Positions 8,825-19,297 of a stretch of 64,000 nt of DNA are shown in pieces. The position numbers and the translations under genes are program-made. Within the stretch, counting starts at the first letter, position 1; the number at the start of each line of letters is the position of its first letter. Source of the stretch: Snowella sp. (GTDB lineage Bacteria > Cyanobacteriota > Cyanobacteriia > Cyanobacteriales > Microcystaceae); assembly GCA_035285545.1 (NCBI GenBank), contig JAYKGY010000104.1, positions 96,001 through 160,000 on the forward strand, read 5' to 3'. The notes beneath the pieces are model-generated. The model had not been told where the DNA came from. It was given only the letters and a program-made list of their open reading frames with translations, and did no database searches.

Positions 8825-11800
8825 TTAGCATTTTGTCTTTTCCCGTTCCCTAGTGGTCGGGATGGCAATTTCTGGGATACGAGGATCGCGATCGCCGTGC
8901 AGAAACACATAAAAACAGGGAATTAAAAACAAGGTCAGAAACGTCCCAATCGATAGACCTGAAAAGACCACAATCCCCAAGGGCCGTAATAATTCCGCAC
9001 CTTGTCCTGTCCCGACTGCCAAGGGAAACATGCCCAAAACCGTCGTAATAGTCGTCATCAAAATCGGTCGTAACCGTTGGGGGGCTGCTTTTAAAATGGC
9101 TGCCTGCCGACTGATGGGTTCCTGTTCCCAGATCTGATTCGCTAATTCAACCATAATAATGGCGTTATTCACCACAATCCCGATTAACAACACAGAACCA
9201 ACAATCACCGTTGCCCCAATGGCCGTTTGAGTGAAATAAAGCCCCCAAATTCCCCCCGCCAGACCTAACGGTAGGGTGAACATAATCACCAAGGGATCGA
9301 TCAAGGAGTTGTATTGAACCGCCATCACGACAAACACTAAAAATGCCGCCAGTCCCCCTAAAAGAACTAACGCACCTTGCAATTGTCGATTACTCTCGGC
9401 TGCCGCACTGGGTAGAAGCGAAACCCCTTCCGGCAAGGAAATTTCCGATAAAACCTGATTCACTTGGGCTAAGGCCTCCCCTAAACGGGCCCCTTCTGCT
9501 AAAGTTCCCGCAATCAAAAAGACAGGGCGTTGATTAATACGTTGAATCTCCGCCGGCGCGATCCCTTCACGAATTTGAGCCACATCTCCTAATCGAATCG
9601 GACGACCATTAGTGATAAACAGGGGTAATTGCTCCAATTGAGTGGGATTTTGGATAACATCGGTTTCTAATTTAACGCGGACATCGACTAAACGATTATT
9701 CCGTTGGAGTTGGGTGGGAATACTTCCTTCTAAGGCCGTATTGACCGTTGCCCCCACATCCTGAGCCGTTAAGCCCACTTCGGTGAGTCGTTGCCAATCG
9801 GGCCGAATTTGGATTTCCGGTTGACGAGTATCCGCATCAGGACGAAAACGGGCGAGATTTACCTGGTCACTGAGGGTTCCTAAAACGGTTTTTCCGGCTT
9901 TGGCTAAAACAACCGGATCATTCCCTTCCAAAATCACATCCACATCCGCATTGCGTAAGGGGGAATTATTGAGGATTAACCCCCGTAGTTGCCCTGGGGC
10001 TAGGCGTAAACGGATATCGACTAAGTTAAGTTTGGCAAATTGTTGGCTGACCCGTTCAACAAAGGCTTCTATATCCGTATTAGGCTTGAGGGTAATGGTG
10101 CTGGAACTGCGGAGGGCGTTAGGGGTCGTGTTACTGCCAAAGAGGATGCCGCCGACGGTGGTAAAGGCATATTCGGTTTCCGGTTGCTGAAGAATAATTT
10201 CATCTACGATTTTCATTAATCGTCGATTAGTTTCTAAGGGGGTGCCTGAGGGAAACTGGGCAAAAAGAACCGCTTGGCCGGTGTTGATACGGGGCAGGAT
10301 TTCCTGGGGGATTTGGCCTAACATCCAGTAGCTACTGCCACCGAGGGATAACACGATTAAGGCGATCGCGAGAATTTTATGACGGAGCACCCAAACCAAT
10401 AGGGCAGCATAGCCCAGGGTTGCCCTAGCAAAACTATTATTAAACGCTTTTAAAGGGGGAAATTGATTGAGGTGACTACTTTGGGGAATGGCTAACAACC
10501 GAGAGGTCAACATTGGGACTACGGTAATCGCCACTAAAATCGAGGCGGCTACCGCGAAGCTAATGGTCAAAATTAACTCATTAAAAATCAGGGAAATAAA
10601 CCCCCCAATCAGTAAAAAAGGTAAAACGGCAACTAAATTGGTACTGGTAGAGGCTAATAGGGCAGATTCAACGCTTTGACTACTCGCGATCGCGATGTTG
10701 CGTAATTTACTTGCTGTCATCGTTAGCGGTGAGGGATTACCTGGCGTGACCCCAACCCCATCGGCAATACTTTCCAGCATGACAATAGAGTTATCCACCA
10801 CAATCCCCACGCCTAAGGCCAATCCCCCTAAACTGAAGACATTCAGCGATAGCCCAAACAATTTCATCAAAATAACTGCCGCCAGAGTCGCCAAAGGAAT
10901 CGCCAACACAATAATGAAGGTTTGACGCACCGAACCGAGAAACAACAAAACCGCGATCGCCGCTAAGACTGTCCCTGATAAACCCGACGTTACCACATTG
11001 GCAATGGAATTACGGATAAACAAAGAATCATCCAAAGTCGTCGTCAGAATCGCATCGGCAGGAATAACGTTGGCCTGGCGGAGTTGCTCCAATCGTTTTT
11101 TCACCCCATCTACCACTTCCACCGTATTGGCATCGGGTTGCTTTTGCACACTTACCTTAACCGCATTCTGTCCATTGAGGGTTACAAACACGCGCTGTTC
11201 TTCTGTACCGTCAATGACCTGGGCAAAATCTCGCCAATAAATGGATTTACCCGCTCCCCCTTCCTGTCCTGGCACCGAAATCGCTAAATTTTCAATTTCG
11301 TCGGCACTTTGAAACCGTCCCATCGTTCGGGTTAGGGGTTCTCCTGGCATCCCTAAAATACGTCCGCCGGAAATATCTAAGTTGCGATCGCGCAGAGAAT
11401 TTAACGCTTCCGTTAAGCCCAGACCTAATGCTTGAAGACGCTGTAAGTCAATATTAATTCTCACCTCCTCATCGGCTGCCCCTGAAACATTCACCGCCGC
11501 AACCCCCGGCACCACCCCCAATTCCCGCGCTAATTCTTCTTCAGCAAAAATGCGTAACTGAGAACCTGCAAGTTGGGGAGAAGTCAAAGCAAATTCATAT
11601 ACCGGCAGTTGAGAGGGATCAAACTTGAAAATCCGAGGGGTTTCAATGGTATCCGGTAAGCGGTTACGCGCTCGATTAAAAATGGCAGTAGTGTCATTGA
11701 GGGCTTGGTCAATATCGCCGCCTGGCTGGAAATACAGGTCAATACTGATTTGGCCTTCCCTAGTTTGGGAATACACCTGCACAACCCCTTCCGTACCGGA

Positions 11801-12040
11801 TAAGGATTCTTCTAAGGGCTTGGTAATTTCATCAACAGCAACTTCGGGGGCAACGCCAGGGGCATTGATACGAATACCAATACGGGGATAGGTAATCGAT
11901 GGCAGTAGATCCACCTGGAGATTAAACAAGAAGAAAACCCCTAAGACCATCACGGCAATGGTTAGCATTAAGGTTGCAATGTGTCGGCGAATCGCGATCG
12001 CGCTGATACTGAAGGACGGGCTAGGCGATGAATCGGCCAT
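8825..12040 (-). CDS. RND efflux permease (AcrB/AcrD/AcrF family)
   Basis: 1071 aa; GIVVDNSIV, RLRPILMTT; two sets of transmembrane helices. Confidence 0.95.
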   Translation of the reverse strand: MADSSPSPSFSISAIAIRRHIATLMLTIAVMVLGVFFLFNLQVDLLPSITYPRIGIRINAPGVAPEVAVDEITKPLEESLSGTEGVVQVYSQTREGQISIDLYFQPGGDIDQALNDTTAIFNRARNRLPDTIETPRIFKFDPSQLPVYEFALTSPQLAGSQLRIFAEEELARELGVVPGVAAVNVSGAADEEVRINIDLQRLQALGLGLTEALNSLRDRNLDISGGRILGMPGEPLTRTMGRFQSADEIENLAISVPGQEGGAGKSIYWRDFAQVIDGTEEQRVFVTLNGQNAVKVSVQKQPDANTVEVVDGVKKRLEQLRQANVIPADAILTTTLDDSLFIRNSIANVVTSGLSGTVLAAIAVLLFLGSVRQTFIIVLAIPLATLAAVILMKLFGLSLNVFSLGGLALGVGIVVDNSIVMLESIADGVGVTPGNPSPLTMTASKLRNIAIASSQSVESALLASTSTNLVAVLPFLLIGGFISLIFNELILTISFAVAASILVAITVVPMLTSRLLAIPQSSHLNQFPPLKAFNNSFARATLGYAALLVWVLRHKILAIALIVLSLGGSSYWMLGQIPQEILPRINTGQAVLFAQFPSGTPLETNRRLMKIVDEIILQQPETEYAFTTVGGILFGSNTTPNALRSSSTITLKPNTDIEAFVERVSQQFAKLNLVDIRLRLAPGQLRGLILNNSPLRNADVDVILEGNDPVVLAKAGKTVLGTLSDQVNLARFRPDADTRQPEIQIRPDWQRLTEVGLTAQDVGATVNTALEGSIPTQLQRNNRLVDVRVKLETDVIQNPTQLEQLPLFITNGRPIRLGDVAQIREGIAPAEIQRINQRPVFLIAGTLAEGARLGEALAQVNQVLSEISLPEGVSLLPSAAAESNRQLQGALVLLGGLAAFLVFVVMAVQYNSLIDPLVIMFTLPLGLAGGIWGLYFTQTAIGATVIVGSVLLIGIVVNNAIIMVELANQIWEQEPISRQAAILKAAPQRLRPILMTTITTVLGMFPLAVGTGQGAELLRPLGIVVFSGLSIGTFLTLFLIPCFYVFLHGDRDPRIPEIAIPTTREREKTKC

Positions 12041-12169
12041 AGAGGTAAGGGTTTAAATTTCTTAACAAGAACATTTTCCTATAGTAGCAACCCTAACGAC
12101 TGACCCTAGTTGTGTCGATGCCTCACGCCGACCCTTTCTATATTTTTAGAAACATTTTTGTCTCTGTCG

Positions 12170-12303
12170 TGTGTAATCTTAAGGCTCAGGGAATTTATCC
12201 AACAGAAGCTCGCGTTTGTAAACTAATGACAAAGCCAGGAGGGTTGAGAAATAAAAAAGTCCGTGCTGCTTTTCATAATGCACGAACTGAGATAGGTTTG
12301 TAA
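12170..12303 (+). pseudogene. C-terminal remnant of a cyanobacterial TniQ/TnsD protein
   Basis: LKAQGIYPTEARVCKLMTKPGGLRNKKVRAAFHNARTEIGL* resembles the C-terminus of cyanobacterial TniQ/TnsD proteins (recognised from memory); lies next to a Tn7-like end. Confidence 0.65.
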
Positions 12304-12335
12304 GTTGTTATAACTCTATTGACTTGCGCCAAAAA

Positions 12336-12410
12336 TTGGAACCATAAATTTGCCATCTTTTATTGGAAACATAAGCTTGCCGTTGCGGCAAAGTTATGGT
12401 TCAAGTCACA
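12336..12410. mobile_element. Tn7-like transposon end
   Basis: Three related ~18-19 bp sites (TTGGAACCATAAATTTGCC, TTGGAAACATAAGCTTGCC, inverted GGCAAAGTTATGGTTCAA) and terminal ...GTCACA (TGTGAC on the minus strand). Confidence 0.7.
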
Positions 12411-12442
12411 AAAAAGATTGATTGATCAAAAGGCTTAAAAGA

Positions 12443-12515
12443 TGGGCGGTGAGGGACTCGAACCCCCGACAGCCTGCTTGTAAGGCAGGAGCTCTACCAA
12501 CTGAGCTAACCGCCC
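12443..12515 (-). tRNA. trnV: tRNA-Val(TAC)
   Basis: GGGCGGTTAGCTCAGTTGGTAGAGC...CTTACAA anticodon loop...GGTTCGAGTCC...ACCGCCCA; CCA not encoded. Confidence 0.97.
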
Positions 12516-12583
12516 GTTTGACGCTTAACTACTATAACATAATAAAAAATCATTTAGATCACTTTTGACCAAATTTTTTTACC

Positions 12584-13159
12584 ATGCCTTCAGGTCGCAC
12601 CCATGATCGCATTACGGTTTGGAGTGTTCCGCTCATTGTGGGGTTAACCTATGGGGTGACTCGTAGCGGACAATTGACGGTCTTGGTAATGATCGCTTTT
12701 TTGTTTAGCGGGTTGATGTTTGGCCCCGATTTAGATATTTATTCGGTGCAGTACAAGCGGTGGGGATGGTTGCGTTGGATTTGGATTCCCTACCGTTCCC
12801 TGATTCGTCATCGTTCTGTTCTGTCACACGGATTTTTGATCGGGACTTTATTACGGCTGGTGTATCTAAGTCTGATTGCAGGGATAGTTTTAGGGATCTT
12901 AATCGCGATCGCGGCCCTTGCGGGTTACTTAAATATTCAACAATTAGCCAAACTTTCAGAAGCTTTAACTTTTTCCCAAAAACATTACGGACAAACTTTC
13001 TTAGCTTTGCTGATTGGTCTGGAACTAGGGGCAATGAGCCATTATCTGAGTGATTGGATTGGATCACGCTATAAACAGCTACAGAAATCCAAAACGCGAT
13101 CGCGCCCCACTCACAATGCCCGTTCCAAAAATCCCAAAAAGAAAAAATCTAAGCTTTAG
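12584..13159 (+). CDS. Metal-binding membrane protein (DUF2227)
   Basis: MPSGRTHD, GPDLD, HRSVLSHG and SHYLSD motifs. Confidence 0.85.
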   Translation: MPSGRTHDRITVWSVPLIVGLTYGVTRSGQLTVLVMIAFLFSGLMFGPDLDIYSVQYKRWGWLRWIWIPYRSLIRHRSVLSHGFLIGTLLRLVYLSLIAGIVLGILIAIAALAGYLNIQQLAKLSEALTFSQKHYGQTFLALLIGLELGAMSHYLSDWIGSRYKQLQKSKTRSRPTHNARSKNPKKKKSKL

Positions 13160-13562
13160 CGAAACTCGCTTCGATAGCTTGAATTTGTTCCCGTTGAGTT
13201 TCAATTTCCAATTGTTTGCGGGTTAAGTCTAAACTTTTTGCCGCGATCTCCTGCCGCCATTGCTCAATGCGGGCTTCTTCCTGTTGAATAATTTCAGGGG
13301 TGAGTATGGGGTCACTGAGAAATTTTTGTACGATATCTAAAACCCAATCCGTTGCACTTTTGACACTCAAAATCCTTTGCTTATTATCCATCTCAACCAG
13401 CACCAACACCCCTTCATTCAAGCCCTGTAATTGTTCGGCTGATTCAATGTATAGCGTCCCCGACTCTTTTTTCCAAAGTTTTTCCGAGGTTTCATAGGCG
13501 AGTATTTGTAGATGGAATTCACTTAAAAAGGGATTGTGGGTAACTTGAGCAAGGTATAACAT
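13149..13562 (-). CDS. Conserved cyanobacterial hypothetical protein with coiled-coil C-terminus
   Basis: MLYLAQV N-terminus and EQWRQE coiled coil. Confidence 0.7.
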   Translation of the reverse strand: MLYLAQVTHNPFLSEFHLQILAYETSEKLWKKESGTLYIESAEQLQGLNEGVLVLVEMDNKQRILSVKSATDWVLDIVQKFLSDPILTPEIIQQEEARIEQWRQEIAAKSLDLTRKQLEIETQREQIQAIEASFAKA

Positions 13563-13673
13563 AGCCAAGCAGATCAAAAAGATTATGAGTTGGGATGGAC
13601 AAAGTATTGATTGAGTTACTCAGTAACCCATATAACTTTTAAGCGACTAACTTTATCATAGTCATGAATCCCT

Positions 13674-16394
13674 TTATTGGAGACGTTTCAATCGCGATCG
13701 CAGAATTTCGGCTTGAGTTTTCGCTTCAGATAAGGCATTTCTTGCTCCTTGAATGACATCATCGGGAGCTTTATTAACAAAACTGGGTGTACTTAAGCGT
13801 TTTTCTAATGATTCCGCTTCCTTCTCCACCTTGGTTAATTTTTTCTCCAATTTGGCTTTTAAGGTTTCGATATCAATTAATCCTGATAAAGGAATTAATG
13901 CTTGAGTCGTGCCGACCACCCCTGCAATACATTGAATGCCGTCATTCTCCAGTTGTTCCGTAATCGTTAGCGTTTCAATTTTGCCCAAATCCTGTAAATA
14001 GGTAGTGCAGTTTTCTAACATTGCTCGTTCTTGAGCATTTTCATTTTGCAGAATAACGTTAGCTTTGACCCCTGGTTTAATTTCTGCTTCGGCGCGTAAA
14101 TTACGAATGGTGCGAATCGTTTCAAACAGACGACTAAAAGCCGTTTCTAAATCGGGATCAATCAGAGCCGCATTCACCACAGGATAGGGTTGTAATGCCA
14201 GAAATTTATTTTCCTGTTGGGTCAAAGTCTGCCACAATTCCTCAGTGATATGGGGCATAAAAGGATGCAGTAGCTTCAAAATATTTTCCAGAACCTGAGC
14301 CAAGGTTTGTTGGGCCACGAATCGAGAAGCATCGCCGCTATCTTTCCAAAGGCGGGTTTTAACCAGTTCAATATACCAATCGCAAAAATCACCCCAGATA
14401 AATTCGTATAAACCCTTGGCCGCTTCCCCTAATCCATAATTTTCTAAATATTCTCTGGTTTGTTTAATCACTTGATTTAACCGCGATAAAATCCAGCGAT
14501 CGCTTAATTCCAGATTTGCAAGATCAGGCGTTCCCAACTGCTCAGGGGTTTTACCCTCCAAATTCATCAACACAAAACGGGTGGCATTCCACAGCTTATT
14601 GGCAAAATTGCGGGACGCTTCGACGGATTCGGATTCATCGTTTTTACGGTTGTATTGCAAGCTGATATCTTGACCTGCCCCTGCCACTTCCCGAATGAGG
14701 GTATAACGCAGCGCATCGGTTCCATACTTGCGAATCAGGATCAGGGGATCAATGCCGTTATTGGCAGACTTCGACATCTTTTTGCCGTTTTCATCCCGAA
14801 CCAAGCCATGAATATAGACATCTTTAAAGGGCATCTGTCCTGTGAAGTGACCCGCCATCATGGTCATACGAGCGACCCAGAAAAAGATAATGTCAAATCC
14901 TGTAACGAGCGTTGTCGTGGGGTAATAGGTTTCTAAATCTTTTGTACTGTCAGGCCAACCCATTGTGGAAAACGGCCACAATCCCGACGAAAACCAGGTA
15001 TCTAAGACATCGGGGTCTTGTTCCAGTTTAATGTTATTTCCATACTGGCTCTGCGCTTTTGCTAAGGCTTCCGTTTCGCTATGGGCAACCACAAAAGGGG
15101 TCTGGTCGGTAATTTCGCCGTTGGTTTCACTGACCACATACCAAGCGGGAATCTGATGTCCCCACCACAATTGGCGAGAAATACACCAATCCTTGAGTTT
15201 CACTAACCAATCCCGATAAACCTTGGCCCACCGTTCAGGAACAAAGCGGGGAGAATTTTCCTCATCCAAGCATTTCAAGGCTTTTTGAGCGAGGGGTTCA
15301 ATTTTGACAAACCATTGCGTCGATAACAACGGCTCAACGGGGACTTTTCCGCGATCGCTGTAGGGAACGGTATGTTTATAATCTTCAACTTTAACTAAAA
15401 AGCCTGAATCCTCAAGGGTTTTAACTAAATTTTTACGGGCTTCAAACCGATCCTGTCCGACAAAGCTTCCTGCATTTTCGTTCATCGTCCCATCTTTATT
15501 CATGACGTTGATAAAGGGGAGTTGATGCCGTTTGCCCATCTCGAAGTCATTGGGATCGTGGGCGGGAGTTACCTTAACGCAACCTGTTCCAAATTCGGGA
15601 TCAACTAATTCATCCGCAAAAATGGGGATTTCACGGCCCACAATCGGTAAGGTAATGGTTTTTCCAATAAAGGCTTGATAGCGTTCATCGTTGGGATTAA
15701 CCGCAACGCCCGTATCGCCCAACATGGTTTCAGGTCGAGTTGTCGCAACGATCAATTCGCCACTGCGATCGCTTAAGGGATAACGCAAATACCAGAGATG
15801 ACCATCAACTTCTTTACTTTCTACTTCTAGATCGGAAACGGCTGATTGGGAAGCAGGACACCAATTGACTAAATAATTCCCCCGATAAATTAAGCCCTCT
15901 TCGTAGAGTTGGATAAATGCCGTTTTAACTGCCTGGGATAGCCCTTCATCCATCGTGAAGCGTTCCCGTGTCCAATCCACTGAAACCCCTAAACGGCGCA
16001 GTTGATTCACAATGGTTCCGCCTGATTCTTCTTTCCACTGCCAGGCTTTCTCTAAAAACTTTTCCCGTCCTAAGTCGTCGCGGGTCTTACCTTCTGCTTT
16101 AAGCTGTCTTTCTAAAATGGTTTGTACGGCAATACTGGCGTGATCGGTTCCTGGCAACCAGAGGGTATTGTCCCCTTTCATGCGGTGATAACGGATCAGG
16201 GTATCGATCAAGGCACTTTCAAAGGCGTGGCCCATGTGCAGGCTACCCGTTACGTTCGGTGGGGGAATAACGAGGGAATAGCGATCGCCGTCATGATCGG
16301 GATCCGCTTTAAACACCTGCTGACTTTCCCACGCTGCTTGCCATTTTGCTTCGGTTGTCGTCGGGTCGTATTGGGGAGGAAGATTGGCCGTCAT
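13674..16394 (-). CDS. valS: Valine--tRNA ligase
   Basis: [19 protein letters not shown]-terminal coiled coil. Confidence 0.99.
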   Translation of the reverse strand: MTANLPPQYDPTTTEAKWQAAWESQQVFKADPDHDGDRYSLVIPPPNVTGSLHMGHAFESALIDTLIRYHRMKGDNTLWLPGTDHASIAVQTILERQLKAEGKTRDDLGREKFLEKAWQWKEESGGTIVNQLRRLGVSVDWTRERFTMDEGLSQAVKTAFIQLYEEGLIYRGNYLVNWCPASQSAVSDLEVESKEVDGHLWYLRYPLSDRSGELIVATTRPETMLGDTGVAVNPNDERYQAFIGKTITLPIVGREIPIFADELVDPEFGTGCVKVTPAHDPNDFEMGKRHQLPFINVMNKDGTMNENAGSFVGQDRFEARKNLVKTLEDSGFLVKVEDYKHTVPYSDRGKVPVEPLLSTQWFVKIEPLAQKALKCLDEENSPRFVPERWAKVYRDWLVKLKDWCISRQLWWGHQIPAWYVVSETNGEITDQTPFVVAHSETEALAKAQSQYGNNIKLEQDPDVLDTWFSSGLWPFSTMGWPDSTKDLETYYPTTTLVTGFDIIFFWVARMTMMAGHFTGQMPFKDVYIHGLVRDENGKKMSKSANNGIDPLILIRKYGTDALRYTLIREVAGAGQDISLQYNRKNDESESVEASRNFANKLWNATRFVLMNLEGKTPEQLGTPDLANLELSDRWILSRLNQVIKQTREYLENYGLGEAAKGLYEFIWGDFCDWYIELVKTRLWKDSGDASRFVAQQTLAQVLENILKLLHPFMPHITEELWQTLTQQENKFLALQPYPVVNAALIDPDLETAFSRLFETIRTIRNLRAEAEIKPGVKANVILQNENAQERAMLENCTTYLQDLGKIETLTITEQLENDGIQCIAGVVGTTQALIPLSGLIDIETLKAKLEKKLTKVEKEAESLEKRLSTPSFVNKAPDDVIQGARNALSEAKTQAEILRSRLKRLQ

Positions 16395-16561
16395 GGGAAA
16401 GGGAATAGGGTTAATGGGTTGATTGAATACCTATCCCATTTTGCCACAGGTACGCCCGAAGGTTAAAAGACAAACCCAGTCAGAGCAATAGAATCATGGT
16501 TTTTTATTTAGGACTTGCCTACATCATTGGTAATTAATTTTGCACGGCGACTGACGGAAAC

Positions 16562-16601
16562 TTAGGACTGTTGTAATTCCGTTAATCGAGCCAAGACTTC
16601 T
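16562..16601 (-). repeat. Duplicated 3' end of the peroxiredoxin gene (direct repeat of 18584-18623)
   Basis: 30 bp identical (16572-16601 = 18594-18623); both copies read EVLARLTELQQS-stop. Confidence 0.9.
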
Positions 16602-16811
16602 AAATTAAACTCATGGGATTGCAAGTTAGTGGGTAATTCTGCCGTCCTCACAAAGAAGTAAAGTATAGAATACCGACGCGATCGCGGCTTAATCGACTAA
16701 AGCGAAAATTTTAAGATAAGATAATCAGTAAAGACAACTATTGTTATTTTATAAATTAAGTTAACACATAGAATTCAAGATCTATCTCTTTTTATAGGGG
16801 TTTATTCAAAA

Positions 16812-17915
16812 ATGCTAATCAGAGATTTAACAATTCAAGGGTATCGATGTTTTGAAGATTTTTCTATGGACGGTTTAACTCGTGTTAATCTTTTAGTGGG
16901 CAATAATAATAGTGGTAAAACCAGTTTTTTAGAAGCAATTTATTTATTAGTTAATCAGCCTTCAATGGGTACAGGAATAAAAGCAATCCGAGAAATTTTT
17001 GATAATCGAAATGAATTCAGTCAAAAACTTGAAAAAATAGATAATCCGTCGCAACAAATTGTCAGTCGAGAATATTTTTTAGATCATCTTTTTTATGGAT
17101 ATGGTAATAAAAAATCTAAGAATTTTAAAATTAACTGTATCCAAGAAATTGGAATGAGCCTTATTGGAATATTGGAATTAAAGTATGAAGACTATATCGC
17201 ATTACTTTATCCTCATGATAAATCTATGTTTGAAAAAGAATTTAATGAATCTATTGCTTTTTACTCAGATGGTTCACTAAGAATTGGTTATGATCTAGAT
17301 TTAAAATCAGTCAAAGATGATATTAATGAAAAAATAGATTATTCTTCGTCAATAAATTTTTCATTTCTCCTTTCCAGCAGGCAAGTCGATTTCAATACAA
17401 TTGCCGAAATCTGGGATAAAATTAGTCTCACATCAAAAGAAGAAATTGTTATCGAGTCTCTTAAAATTATTTTGCCTAATGTAGAACGTCTTGGTTTTAG
17501 TATTAGTCCAGGAGTTAATATTATTAAACTAAAACTACAAGGTTTATCTGAACTAATTCCTTTGAGCACTATGGGAGACGGAATGAATAGAATATTAGCC
17601 CTAGTAATGGCATTAGTCAGTACCGAAAAAGGTGTTTTATTAGTTGATGAAATTGAAACAGGATTACACTATGAAGCCCAACTCGATATGTGGCGATTAG
17701 TTCTTAAAACGGCTCAAGATTTAGATGTTCAAGTCTTTGCAACTACCCATAGTTGGGATTGTATTGCTGCGTTTAAAGAAGCATTACAAGAATTAGAAGA
17801 TCAATCCGTTGCTAAATTATTTAGATTAGATAGCAAATACGGTAAACTTCGCGCTGTAGAATATGATGCTAGCGAGATCAAGACCGCAGTTGAGCAAGGA
17901 ATTGAGGTGCGTTGA
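16812..17915 (+). CDS. ABC-type ATPase (AAA_15/AAA_21 family)
   Basis: Walker A GNNNSGKT, signature LSTMGDG, Walker B/D-loop LLVDEIETGLH, H-loop TTHS; AT-rich. Confidence 0.9.
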   Translation: MLIRDLTIQGYRCFEDFSMDGLTRVNLLVGNNNSGKTSFLEAIYLLVNQPSMGTGIKAIREIFDNRNEFSQKLEKIDNPSQQIVSREYFLDHLFYGYGNKKSKNFKINCIQEIGMSLIGILELKYEDYIALLYPHDKSMFEKEFNESIAFYSDGSLRIGYDLDLKSVKDDINEKIDYSSSINFSFLLSSRQVDFNTIAEIWDKISLTSKEEIVIESLKIILPNVERLGFSISPGVNIIKLKLQGLSELIPLSTMGDGMNRILALVMALVSTEKGVLLVDEIETGLHYEAQLDMWRLVLKTAQDLDVQVFATTHSWDCIAAFKEALQELEDQSVAKLFRLDSKYGKLRAVEYDASEIKTAVEQGIEVR

Positions 17916-18580
17916 TGGCTACTACTAAACCTTCGGGCGCAATTCAATCTAAACAAGTATTATTAGTAGAAGGATTGAACGATCAGCACGTTATTTGGAA
18001 TTTAGCAGAAAAATACAAAATTGCTGAAACATTTTCTGTAGACATACCTAAAAACGGTGGCATATCATCCGCATTTGAAAGATTCCGAGTTGGACTTAAA
18101 CAACAGAAGGTTAAAACGTTAGGAATTGTAATTGATGCCGATCAAGATATCGATGCACGATGGCAGGCAATTAAAAATATTTTGAGCAAGGCAAACTGTC
18201 AGGAGATTCCTGAAAAACCACCATCAGGAGGATGGGTTCAAGAATTATCTCAAGAATTAGAATTACCAAGACTAGGCGTTTGGCTAATGCCTGACAATCA
18301 ATCCTCTGGAATGTTAGAAGATTTTGTTCTTAACCTCATTTCTCCTGATGACCTCTTGTTAGCAAAAGCAAAATCTATAATTCATGAAATTGAACAAGAA
18401 AATTTGAATCAATATAAAGACTCTTACCGTTCCAAAGTTCTAATTCATACATGGTTAGCATGGCAAGAAAAGCCAGGGCAGCCTATGGGACAAGCAATCA
18501 AAAAAATACTACAGGTTGATAATGCGATCGCGGCTAAATTTGTGGACTGGCTAAATCAATTATTCAATCCCACAGAATAA
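17915..18580 (+). CDS. DUF3226-family TOPRIM-like protein
   Basis: LLVEGLND, GIVIDAD, GVWLMPDN..GMLEDF; TGATG overlap with the ATPase stop codon. Confidence 0.8.
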   Translation: MATTKPSGAIQSKQVLLVEGLNDQHVIWNLAEKYKIAETFSVDIPKNGGISSAFERFRVGLKQQKVKTLGIVIDADQDIDARWQAIKNILSKANCQEIPEKPPSGGWVQELSQELELPRLGVWLMPDNQSSGMLEDFVLNLISPDDLLLAKAKSIIHEIEQENLNQYKDSYRSKVLIHTWLAWQEKPGQPMGQAIKKILQVDNAIAAKFVDWLNQLFNPTE

Positions 18581-18583
18581 ATC

Positions 18584-19132
18584 TCAAGATTGCTGTAATT
18601 CCGTTAATCGAGCCAAGACTTCTGTGCTGTGAACCGCAGGTTGTACCCCTAGAAAACGTTCCCGTAAAATACCATCGGGATCAATTAGATAGGTATGGCG
18701 CATCGACATTCCTCCTAACCAAGAACCGTAGGCTTTGCTGACCTCTCCTGTTGTATCGGCGAGTAACGGAAACTTTAAGCCCTCAGAATCACAAAACTCA
18801 GCATGACTATCCACATCATCCACACTCACCCCTAAAATTTGAGTATTTTTCGCCACGTACTTCGGTAAGTCTTGTTGAAAACGTTTCGCCTCTAGGGTAC
18901 AGCCCGATGTAAAGTCCTTGGGATAAAAATAGAGAACAACCCATTGACCGCGATAGTCAGATAAAGAGATTTCACCGTCCCCGCTATTCGTCGGTAGGGT
19001 AAAGCTAGGGGCGGCTTGATTTAAAGGGGGTTGAGTGCCGCCTAATGCCCAAACTGGCGCGATCGCTAACACACCGTAAACAACCGTTAAAACGAGACTA
19101 AACAAAAAAGACAACAGTATTCGACGTGACAT
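18584..19132 (-). CDS. bcp: Peroxiredoxin Q (BCP type) with signal peptide
   Basis: VLYFYPKDFTSGCTLEA active-site motif. Confidence 0.92.
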   Translation of the reverse strand: MSRRILLSFLFSLVLTVVYGVLAIAPVWALGGTQPPLNQAAPSFTLPTNSGDGEISLSDYRGQWVVLYFYPKDFTSGCTLEAKRFQQDLPKYVAKNTQILGVSVDDVDSHAEFCDSEGLKFPLLADTTGEVSKAYGSWLGGMSMRHTYLIDPDGILRERFLGVQPAVHSTEVLARLTELQQS

Positions 19133-19297
19133 AAATACAATATTCCTTTGTAGTTTAATTACAATCAGCTAAAAAATTTAACAATTGGGACTGTAAATCT
19201 TAATATTTTCTTAATCTATATTTACAATCCGCAATATAACTTGTTATATAATACAGCGTCAGATAGATTTCTTTTTTTAATAATAAAATCATTACTA

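Noticed and set aside
12111..12125. TGTGTC as the other end of the Tn7-like element
   Set aside because: No TnsB-like sites follow it, and the flank (CTAGT) does not match the AAAAA beside the other end
19150..19162. NtcA-like GTA...TAC sites here and at 26197 and 29362
   Set aside because: Spacers are 7 or 9 nt rather than the required 8
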